Assembly (NCBI GenBank): GCA_964200185.2 | Contig: CAXNAD020000008.1 | Span: 1 to 54,806, forward strand | Source of the DNA: Choristocarpus tenellus KU-1152 | Lineage: Eukaryota > Protista > Phaeophyceae | Length of the DNA stretch: 54,806 nucleotides | Direction: 5' to 3' | In this document: piece after piece, positions 16,794 through 28,602 of the stretch | How the letters are laid out: the number at the start of each line of letters is the position of its first letter | Numbering within the stretch: position 1 is the first letter of the stretch | Translations under genes and position numbers: made by a program | Notes under the pieces: model-generated | Told to the model about the DNA's origin: nothing | Database searches by the model: none | Seen by the model: the letters and a program-made list of their open reading frames with translations, nothing else

Positions 16794-19700
16794 ATGGGGA
16801 CTAAAAATTCGAAAGCAAGTCAATCGGTAGGTCATAGCACAAGGAATTATTGTTTTAGATTATATCAGGCGCTATGTTCCATTCACACACCTGATGGTCG
16901 ACAACAAATCCGTAGAGGCTCGTCCGAAGAGGTGTTGGATTGTTGATCGTGAGCTGAATTTCGAATTACCTGGGGCTTATTCCTTTTCATTATTCAGGAC
17001 AAGCTTCTAACCTTGGACAAACGACTTAGTGCATCAAGTTATGAAAGAACCACTAGGCCTCAAGAAGTCACGGGCAACGACTCATTCTACCCTCACAATA
17101 TGTTCGTACCAGTAGGTCTGACCCTGCTCCCCTGTCACTCAGGAGGTTGAGCAGAAGGTGGGAATGCCCCTGAGCGAAGCAAAAGTTTCGGAAAATGCTC
17201 GGGAGGCACTCTCTGAAATCCCCACAGGCGCTGCAAAGAGGACCCGCCGTGTTAGCGTTAGTGCTGAGGTTGATGTTTCTAAGGTGAGGAAGAGTTTCTT
17301 TGGACAGTTCGATGCAATGCATCCGACAGGTTATGTGGGCCGGGGCTAGTGCGGTTAGTTTTAGTATTATAGTAAGCTCAATTAGATTCTGCACTCAACT
17401 GTGACCAGATAGGACAGCACACAAAACTAATATAGTTTGCAGACAATGGTAAAGTTCTACTGACAAATCCCTCATGTTGACCTCAGAGTACATTAATAAC
17501 ACCACTACATAGTGTGAAGTTCTCTGTGAAATGCATGGAGATAACAAGAGATGCATGATGAAATTTATCAAAGTCTGCTGGATCATACTTTATCTAACTG
17601 GTGCACAGATTGAGTTGTATTTGAGGTGATGGACTCTATTGGCTCTATGCATGAGGGGGGTTACTAGATTCACCCTGTGGTCCTGTACTGTGTGTACCAT
17701 ACAACAAAACCACTGGAAAATAATTTGCAGGAGAAATAGAAAAGTGGAGTTGAGTACTTTTGCAATCCTTTCCTCTCGTCCAGTTGCCAAGGGCAAAGAG
17801 GGTCATCCCCAAGACAGTGGACCAGCTCAAGGATATAGACAAGGCCATCAGCGGCTGTTTCCTATTCACCTCTCTTGCAGAGGACCAGCTTAAGGAGGTG
17901 TGTGAGTTGGTAGAAGATGAAAAAAAAACAATATTCACTCAGAATTCTACATCCCAAAGCACACTACACGCATTTCAAATATATGGTTTACATTAATATT
18001 ATTGTCAGTGAGCACATCAACTTAAGGAATATCTATCCTTTGTGCATCAACAAGTTCCTCATTTTGGCAGTGTCAACGGATTGAATTTCAGAAAATAGGG
18101 GCCTCTCTGTTCATCACAGCAATATCCCTTTCACTTTGAACTCTTGGGCTCTCTATATGACAACAGATTAGAATATGTATTAGAAGCACATGAGTACCCA
18201 AACAATCAGAACACACCACTACATCTTGCCACTCTCCCTGTACCATCATATACCAATAGGTGGTGGATTCCATGGAAGAGCAGCGCTTCATCCCTGGTGA
18301 TGTGGTCATCAAGGAGGGTGGTGAGGGTGACTACTTTTACATCACTGGATCGGGTGCACTGGAGGTGTGCGGACCACACAAGTAGTCTGGAGAAAGCGAA
18401 TACAAACCCCTCCCTCAGTATGAGATGTTATCCTTGTACCTATAGCCCACTTGTAGTATGAGATGTTATATTAATGAACCAGGCTGCTGCAACTATTGTT
18501 TTCAACTCCAGTTGCGATACAGTATACAGTACACAGTATAGATATCATAGCACACCTGTGCAGAAGGCATGTAGAATGCCACTCTCTGTGAGTGTGGTTG
18601 GAGGTGTTTGGATATGCATATTTTGACAAGGGTGGCTTTGCAATGGTTCGATTAGTTATTTCAGTTCCAACACATCAAAGTTGGCTTAAGAAGATGCCTG
18701 CCCTGTGCTGCCTTCCTCTTTATTACTACCAATAGTAACTCAAGGGTAACTAAAATGCACCAGAATGTGTATAGACAAGTCTGTGGTGAGCCCTCAGGCA
18801 GAGGCAGGAGTTGACATCATGTTGCATACTTCAGAAATACGTGCAACACTTGTATTTGAATTAAAAACACTTATGAGTAAGTTGAAGGGGAAATTAATTT
18901 TTCCATGCAACAGATTATAATCATTTGTACATGTAGCATACAAATTGAGGCATGCAAGTTGCTGAGGTCTGTGGGCATCGAGTGCCGTGCACATTCATGA
19001 CAAAAAATAACCAACAAATATCACCCTTCAAAATTTGATTTGATTTTTTCTGATAAAATCGAATTGTAGCAATTGAACCACTGAAGTCCACAGCACTAAA
19101 CACTTGAGGTATTTAAAATACGCCACAACCCTGAGAAGTACAAGCCACAGAGAGCAATGTCTCCAAATAATACTAACGGTATCTACTCCTTGTTAGAAGC
19201 AATTGAGGTGTTACAGACAGTGGGGCATAAGGGGATAAAGGGGACATTGAGGCAAAAAAATGTGATTTGGATATGCTTGTTGAAGGTTTGATGTGCAATG
19301 TTACAGTGGGATTAACAGACCAAGGATTGGATATTTCCTGGCCCCTCCTACTTGAATATTGTTTGGCCTTCCGTACCAACACCAATTACCTTTCTGCTGC
19401 ATCAAGATCACCACTACACCATTCTACACTAGAGTTCTATTGCTGTGCCTTCCCCCACAACAACATTTTAACAACAATGATGACAGGGCAGATATAATGA
19501 TATCTCCCTGTGAAACTCACAAAGGTGATGAGTACAATATGGTGTATTGCAATGAAAATGGTAAGGATTATAAATTTGCTTTCATCTACCAGAAGGTAAC
19601 CATAGACTGTAGAGGGAAGATTGTCAACCATCTCCCATTAGACTGTGACTACCATAGACTGTTGATAGTTTTGTAGCCCGAAAAACATTTCCTCCCTTGG

Positions 19701-22700
19701 CCAAGGAATATGGACAGTTAGTCCACTGCCATATCATTGGTTATGTTTTGTATACCCCACTTGTCATTTCTGTTTTCTTCTCTTAATTGAATGTTTTTCA
19801 TGTGGATGATGCTTGGGATGGTGGCAGGTGTTCATCAATGGCAAGAATGAGGGTGGTGCTGTTCGTACACTGAGCACAGGAGATTCATTTGGTGAATTGG
19901 CCCTAATGTACAACTCACCACGTACTGCCACTGTCAAGGAAAGGACCATTTGTGTTGTGAAAGGGGAATCAAGATGTACCCTCTGTTTTCCTTCACATTC
20001 CCTTGACAAATTACCATATCCTTTTCACTCATGTATTCCACAGCTACTGCCCAATAGAACTACTGGAAAATATGATAGGTATCCCATTCTTTTTGTTTAA
20101 ATACCCAGTGTACTTCTGTAGAAGGTTGGTCCATCATGTCCTGCTCAAAACTGAAAGAGGAAGTGTGTGTACAACTTGATTTGTAATGCTTAAGGCATAA
20201 AGTTTATAGTTTAAAGTTTAAAGTTTAAACAAGGACGGGGCATTTGTGCAATTTTGTGTTTGTGTATGGTGAGGGGTGACAAAAAGAAAGTCTCAAGAAT
20301 AAAGAACATGGCAATAAATTTTTGCTGGGTGCCAGTGAAATATAGTTCCTGAGTTGAAGATAAGATACATAGTGTGTCCAGATCACATAGTGTCTGAAGA
20401 ACTGAGTGATACCTAGGTATTGTTGGGTATTTATATCTTTGTACAAATATGGTCAGCGTAGATACTGCTATTGCATGCCCACACAAACGATGAGGAAATG
20501 GCAAGGATGAAAACCAGCCCCAGAATGAACCCCTCTCACATCTTCTCCCCCCCATCAGGCTGTGACTGAGTGCCTCTTGTGGGGGCTAGACCGTACTACC
20601 TTCCGTCACACTATACTCGAAGCTGGGCAGGCCCGTCGTAAGAAATATGAGGAGTTTCTTTCCAAGGTACGGAAAGGATTGACTACTGCACTGATGCTGT
20701 GATCTATTCCTTGGTCAAAACAGGTTGTTAGAAGGTAATGCTCACTTGCACAACATGGCAAGGGGATATGATACCTTAACTCTATGGAGGAGTATACAAC
20801 ATATCAAGAAACATGACTTACACCTAATTCCCCGCGCCCCTCCTACCATACAACACTCACATGACACTTGTGCCACATATATCAGTTGCAGAATTCTATG
20901 GTTTCCACCAATTTAGTCTGTCCCTGAGTAGTTGTGGGGGGTAAGGGCGTGTGTGTGAGAATTGAGAGTGTTCACTGCTGCTCCAGCGTATTTGAAGGCA
21001 GCAATGCTGTTGTTGTTTGAACTATCATTAGAGCAGTGAAGGTTCAGTGTTCTTGCAGGTGCAAAGCCAATCAACTTGCTTGCATATGTAGCATATGAAA
21101 CCCCTGTCTAAACGAAAACATCTCCTATAGCTGACCAACGTATTTCTTCAACATTGCATTTGTTCATGGTGATTATGGTGATTATGAAAGGAAAGCATTA
21201 CTCTCGGAGATTTTTCTTCTTTGAAGTACAGCAGTCAACCATGCCCTGACCAAGGCACTACTCTTAGGGCATCCATTACAGAACTTGTTTCTCATTGGTA
21301 CACTATACTTACCCTCACACCCCTCACTCCATATCCGCTCTTTCTGCTTGAATTTTTCCCCCTTCACTGCATGCATGAATCTCATAGGTGGGGGTCCTTC
21401 AAAAGGCCAACCTCAACCCAGGAGAAATTGCTCTTCTTGCTGATGCGGTAGAGCCTGCCTCATTCACAGACGGTGAAAAACGAACCAGGACTGGCATCAG
21501 TCTTGTTTGATTACCCCCTGCCACTCTTGCCTGCTACCTATCCACCTGAACATCATAAAGGTAGCATAGACTTGTGGTGGGCTGCAACTGGGTTGACTTT
21601 AATCATACTAAATAATCAGATGTGTTACACACGCACACAGACAGTATCACCTACTTCGAATTATACAAATAGCTTGGTGATGCTTTGTAAATTATTGGAA
21701 GGTGTACAGACCACTCAGTTCAATTGAAAATAATATTTAGCAGTCCAAATAAGTACCTCAAGAACACCTGTAGTCCTCAGTCAATCTTGCTGAACACCAA
21801 ATTAGCAGATCCTTACCATTCCTACCGTAGATTCCACAATATTATTGGTCATTTTGTATTGCTGTACTGTAGTGAAATTCAGTAGGGTAGAAACCTTTGG
21901 ATAAGCAGCAACAATCTCAAGTGCATGACAGAGCTAAGAATTCTTCCACATCCTCCAATTCTCTCCTCACAAGATGGCATCATTGTACACACCCTCCATA
22001 TTGTGGAGAGATAATACCCAACACAATTCCTACCTGTTCCATGTTTTGTCTTCCCCCTTACTCACTCATCTTGGGGGCATTTTGTGCCACTTTGGGTCTC
22101 ATTGTCCATTTTATTGTTCTTTGTTCTGTATATTGTATCATTTCAAACAGGAGAAACCATCATCAAGCAAGGGGATCACAATCGAGCTTCCTTCAAGTTC
22201 TACATTGTAGAGGAGGGGAAGGCAACTGCCCATGTACACCAAGGAGGAGATGATGTTCTGATGAGCCACCTTGGACCGGGTAGAAACTATGCACACTACT
22301 AATTCACAGCTCCAGCCCCTTGAGGGCTCTACCTTTTGTATGATACAGCATACATTTTTTTATTGTTGAGAGGAAACGTCTGCGGGGAAGACACTATTTC
22401 CACACATCCAAGAAACCACCCTTTTGTACTTGATGCATGTCAAAACACTTGTATTGCAGATACACCATAACATATCCAGCTAACCTACTACAATAACGCA
22501 AACAAACTACACTGGGGCATGAAAGAACAGGAGAGTACCTTAGAGAAGAAAAAAGTACCCTTCATGCTATCTAACGTTGCTTGCTCAAACTGCAGTCATT
22601 AATTTAATTCATTCCATCAAATCAAGCCGCCTTCATCTTGACTCACCTATCAGTGGGATTGGGATCAATGCTGCTTGGTGGCCAAGAGGAGATATATGCA

Positions 22701-23462
22701 AGTGATAGGCCATCACTTGCTTTTCTCGCCTGGACGTGTGGTCTAATGAACTGTATCATGGCACTCAGGGTCAAAATCAACCCGCAGTTACATTCCTTGT
22801 CAACCAATGCCTGACATGGTCTAAATAACCAAGTATCCTTGATCTGTGACAGGTGATTTCTTTGGTGAGAAGGCTCTTGTGGAGAAAATTCCCCGTACTG
22901 CCACTGTGAGGGCTAATGGTGCCTTGAAGTGCGCCACTGTCAGCATTGCCGCTTTTGAACGATTGATGGTGGGTTGATGCATCCTCCCCAGCTTCAAAGT
23001 GTCATGAGCGGCCCTGTCCAATTTCTTCTTTTAGTGTCAATCTGTTACACAATCTCTAGTTCAGTGACATGAGGTGTTTGGGGGAGGCTATGCATGGCCT
23101 TTACAAGGAATGTTGTGTTGAGCCTTTTTGTGTTAGAGTATATTTAGAGTATATTTCCTAAGGTGCAAGCAATGAGTAGGCAAGAGTCATGGTTCTATTA
23201 TTTTTTTGCCTTATCAGCCTTCCAAAATGGTGAGAAGTTGTATGCTCGCTGAACACACAATTCAGACACAATTCAGACCACATACAACCATTACTACGGT
23301 TCTCCATCCCTCCTTTTGCCCTAACACCCCTAGGCTGTCTATTTTCCCTATACATGTTAGGGCCCATGTGAAGACATCCTCAAAGAACGCATGTGTGGAT
23401 ACCATGACCCTGATGATGTCAAGAGCGGCCGCGTATCTCCCAGGGAACCACACGAGTCCTGA
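16794..23462 (+). CDS. PKAR: cAMP-dependent protein kinase regulatory-subunit-like protein (10 exons, 347 aa, two CNB domains)
   Basis: Exons 16794-16826, 17143-17283, 17784-17897, 18260-18364, 19828-19938, 20559-20666, 21388-21472, 22151-22279, 22853-22968, 23361-23462 (1044 nt, phases consistent; intron 5 is GA-AG). Inhibitor site RTRRVSVSAE; cassettes FGELALMYNSPRTATVKA and FGEKALVEKIPRTATVRA; LWGLDRTTFR..RRKKYEEFL; FERLMGPCEDILK. Exon 1 is the least certain (alternative ATG at 17164). Confidence 0.92.
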
Positions 23463-26400
23463 TAGCCTCCACTTCCAGGAGAATAACCCAGTATATGTGT
23501 ACCCCTAGAGTACTGTGGCAGGAACTTTTGTATAACATACGAAAATTGTTAGATATATGGTGTCCCAGTCTTGATTGATAGGCATGCACATGGTGATGAT
23601 CTATAGTCTCTACTCTTGACTCTCTAAGTTCTTGACAACAGCAGAAGGTGACTGTGAATGGACTTCCATTGCAGGAGGGAGATATTCTTGGAAGCTACTT
23701 TTTTTGTACATTAATTCTCACATTTGATAGGCCTTAACAAAAAAGATCCTTGAAAAGTAGTTCAAGTGCTAGTAAGAGGGGAGCTAACTATCTGTGAAGC
23801 CTTAGGTAGCAATTGAATTGTTGATGTGCATGCTTTGACTTCAACAATGTGGGATAGGGGGCTAGACATTTCTCAAGAGCAAGAGTGACACAACATTATG
23901 TTTGAAATTACCAGACAAAAGAGGGAGCAGAAACAAATACTTTAAAGTGTGAGTGAACTATTCTACCTTGGAGGTAGGAGCTGCTATTAGAGGGTACAAG
24001 TCGCCCTTATTAATGGTAAAGCAATGCACACTGGGTGAAGATAGTTTGTTCATTGTATCTTTTTGTGTACCTTGTTTGGTACTGTACCCCATAGAGGACA
24101 TAACTGGCAAATGGCAAATGGTGTACAGGGCTTTCTTCTTCTCATCTTCTCTAACAGCGCCGATTTTTCAGGCGAAGATTTAGGAGAAATATGCTCATAT
24201 AATCAAACTAGAACAGGTCAGTCAGTAGAGGAACAGGCCAATTTCTTGTCAATTGACTGATCAAGTTTTGTCCTACTTCAGGACAATGTCGACAATAACT
24301 CAGTCACTACACACACACCATATTACCCCCAAAAGAGATCCCATACCGCTTGCACAGCTAATGAAGAGACTAAACAAAAAATGGAACCGAAGAATCAAGT
24401 GTTCTTTCTCTACATTTTTCACATAAGAGTGGTTGCACCTGTTCAAGGTCTCTTGCTGTACTAAATATCAGACACAAATAACAAGTCACACACGTTAATG
24501 CTTGACAGACCATGATGCTTTAGGGTAAAGAGGCGAAGACTTAAAAAAAAGTCTGATACGCCTCAAAGTGAATCTTTGAAACAGAAAATGACTCTATATA
24601 TAATTCATACCTTGTCAACTTACACCCTATATATAATATCTGTAGATGACTTCAATTTTTAACCTATGTGTGAAAAAATTACTCATCTCAATATGTGTGT
24701 TGGGTACAGTTTTTCAATTGCCATCATGTTCAGATTGTCTCAAATATATTTTTGCACACCCAGTAGATCTTGAAGGTAAGTCCTTGCATACATAGTTTTC
24801 ACCTGGTGCAGCCATGTAGAGGTAGATATCTTTTTGTTCACTCTGTTTAGTCGTTTCCTCCAACTAAGGCTCAGTGCCTCACTTGAATAGAGGGTGGTGG
24901 ACTATGCCTCACCTCTTGGAAGCGACAATGCCTCCTGGGTGTTGATCAGTCTTGTCATGTAGTCATTCTTCCCACTCCTCAGTCTTACATCTTCTAGTAC
25001 TGAACACTTATATCCTACACCACACGCAACATCCTCACAGTGTCATTGTGGGGGAGGCAGAAGGCATCACAGGGTGTTTGTTAGTAAATGTAACATACCT
25101 GACATGCAAGGCATATTGTCCTCCTTCACAGCTGTCTTGTCACCATGACCTACAACAATTCTTATGGTAAGAATTGTGTAAAATGATTGTACCAAGCTGT
25201 AGTGACACACCCAGGTCCCCAATATTTTGCGTGAGCATCCTGCCTCCATTTGTGAATGGCCTTCAAAATTTGTGGAGGATCTGTCTATAGTTTGGAGGGA
25301 CTTACTGACTGTGATTGGTCAAGGACTCTTCACACCATCTCCTTCCAGTCTAGCTTGGTCATAAACACCAGGAGCAATATGATGTTACATTGGGCCTTTA
25401 GGTCATACGACTACAGCAAATTGTCTCTTATTGGGTGACATTGAGTTCCATGACCACAGGAAGCTGAGCAAAATACTGTGCCTGATGTTTGTGTTGGTGA
25501 ATGATTACTCCACTACTTGACACATGCCAGAGGTTAGTTACTAATAACGTAAGTAAAATGCGTAAATTGACTTTCTCTCTCACAAACCAACATACAAACT
25601 TCTACAGTGTGTTCATCAAAGTGATGATGAGGTTTTGTCTAGTGCTTCAGTAGTGTTTAGCTAAGAGTCCAAAACAAGGCACTGCAATTGGACTCCGCAA
25701 CAAAGGTAAAAGGTGCCTGAAGTTTCAGAGTTTTCAGTCAGCATGTCATTGTTGTACATACGGCTACAGTCCACAGACCACTCACATTGAATTATTTGAA
25801 TCAGTTGGTAGTCATGGACTCAACAATGTTCAGACTTAGTTGTGCAGGGCCAGCTGACGGCCCCGGTTTTGTTGTAGTGATGGACATGGACTTGGTCATG
25901 TTAGAACATTTTATGTATGGCCGACCAGGTAAAATCTACTCGACAAACTTGCTGGTACACCATGGCACCCCATGTTCCTCCAAATATCATTTCACTCCAA
26001 ATATCAATATCATATGGCGGGGATGTTTCATACTGCCCTTTTTGAGTCTAGATGCTTCTATTTGTGAACTTCTCTTTTGGGAATTTCTAAAATATACTTG
26101 TTTGACAAGAATCAACTACTCATATTACCCTCCCTTTTTCGCTCCTGTTACACTCGCACAGGAAGCGCCAATATATATGTTCAACTGACTATGTGAGCAT
26201 TCCTTTTGACAAAATTTATTTTCTCCAACCACTTCTGTGAAAGTGACAAAGGATGACCCACAAATGATACAAGCTCCAACATGTCCAACCCTTCTCACCT
26301 GAAAAGATCCACAAAAGATCATTGCAACACCTTTGTTATTAATTGAGCATTTAATATCTACTAGTACAAACGCAGAACAAAAAAAAATGGTTCTGTGAGA

Positions 26401-27768
26401 AAAAATTCAACCATACATTTAAAAAAAAAACAGTTTTGCACATAGGAGGGTGGTGCCAAACATATGTAATTCCTTCTCCTAACACATCTGAAAAATGTTA
26501 GAGAGTGTGATCATGTTCAGGGCAGTAGAAAGGTACGACTGTGAAAGAAACCAACGACAGTTAATTGTATATACCACCATTGATAATATATACATTCTGA
26601 GGGTATACCTTACAAGTCCACCGATTCATGAATATATTGTTAGTGTGAATGATCAATTTTGTCTCAAAATGTTAGCCTGAAGATTTCTGGTCATATTTTG
26701 ATTTAGGTTGCTTTATATTTCAGCATTTTGAACATGAGTGGCCAAATGAATTGGAGATATCTGACATCTGTATGAGTTAGACCAATCTGGAAGTAGACTT
26801 ACTTGACCTGTGGACTGGACTACTATAACACATACTGGACATGGTTCAGGCATATCAAAGAGAGATAGACTGGCCAGTAGACATGATCCAGAGATGTTAG
26901 AGAATGCTAGACCCAGTCCTGCTGGTGGATATGGACTGGTACAATACCCATTGGACATGGTCTGCACATGTTAGACAACGTTAGACTGGTCCTTTGGTGG
27001 ACATGGATACCCAGTGGGCATGGACTGGGACATGTCAGAAAATTTTGAGACTGGTCTGGCTGGTAGACTGGCCTATTTTCATTTCCCAGCCTGGTGAAAA
27101 ACTTGAAGGACTCTTCAATCTCTTCTTAATTATAATTACTCCAAGAAACAATGTGGGAACCAGGGTGAGTTGTGAGTTGTGATTGTGACATTGTACCCAA
27201 TTGGTTAGTGAACATTTGCAATCAACAGGCAATCGAGTCATTTATGACCTCATCCATAGGAGCACAGTATCAAAGGGAAAGATCTATTTACTAATAGCAG
27301 AGGCAAATCCCCTTAAGAGAGAGCTCTTTCACATACCTCACAAAATGATCCATGGTTGAAGAGGCAAAGAGGTAATGAGTCTTTTCATATGCTACTTGAC
27401 CAATCTTCCCCCAAAGTGCATACATGATACAAAACTTGTTTTAAAGGGGTGAATGTGGAAAAGTAGATATTCAACTCTGACCACCTTGGTTTCTACAATA
27501 AAAATACCATCAAGTCTTCAGAGGTTGGTGAGGGATTAGAGGGAGACGTGTGTTGAAGTATTCCACACTGGACCCACAGTGAAGATGGTCATTCGTGTGC
27601 CTTGGTAGAGGACAATGCTTGTTTGTGTGCATATATAGTGTTAATGTCACAAGGGGCTTATGGTCTCAATTCCGTTGACTTAACTCATGGGGTGGACTGG
27701 TTTAGACTACCATGTGGGATTTGTAACATCCACATGGATAACCAGAAAATAATGCTATCACTGGATCA

Positions 27769-27804
27769 CAAGTACCACTGGATCACAAGTACCATATATG
27801 ATAA
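27769..27804. repeat. 17-bp tandem duplication CACTGGATCACAAGTAC
   Basis: Two adjacent copies are visible (they lie at about 27760-27795; boundaries approximate). Confidence 0.6.
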
Positions 27805-28602
27805 ATGAACGGATAATCTATTCTCAGGTCCCAAGTGGCTATACCTTTCCTACATTGGTAACATTATCCACAATGTGTTTGTCAGCAATGCATTATGAAT
27901 ATGTCAACAGCACCAGTTTGTAGCATGTTAACATGGATTGAGCACAATCATATGTGGGCAAAGGGAAGGAGTGTCTGATCCAAAGATTTTCTTGCCGGAT
28001 GAATTATTGGTGGGACAATTTTTAGATAGGGTGATATGATTTTGACCTTGGCACATGATAAATTTAGATCCCATGCTTTAATCAGATGGTGGCAGTGCAT
28101 CAAGTGACAAGAGTTGGTGAAGAGGTCTGGTGGTTTGTTAGTCAAGAACAAAAATATTGATCATTCTAAGCCTCATCTTTGTAATAGTCTGTATCTTTGT
28201 GTCCTATCACATACACTATAGTATCCACAACCTATATGTGTTGGCAATTCCATACGACTGCACAATTTCATGCTGTTATGGGGACACAGGGGAGTAAGGG
28301 GGAGAAGAGCGCCAAAACAAAGTGAGTGAAATAGTGACTTTCTTGTGGAAAAACAACTAGAAATATTTTTCTACACACCCTGCAAGCAGCATGGGGAATG
28401 ACAATATCACATATAGAGTATTTGTGGAGTAAGGCAGGTATCATTTCCAACATCAATGATCTTTCTGCATCCAGAAACATGGCTCTTTTCCTAAAAAGAG
28501 TTACCCTGCTTAAAGTCCTAAACCTAACAAATGAAAACCTACAAAACAATAATCATCACACTTGCTTGTACTTGCTATTATTAGTACCACACCATTATAA
28601 TA

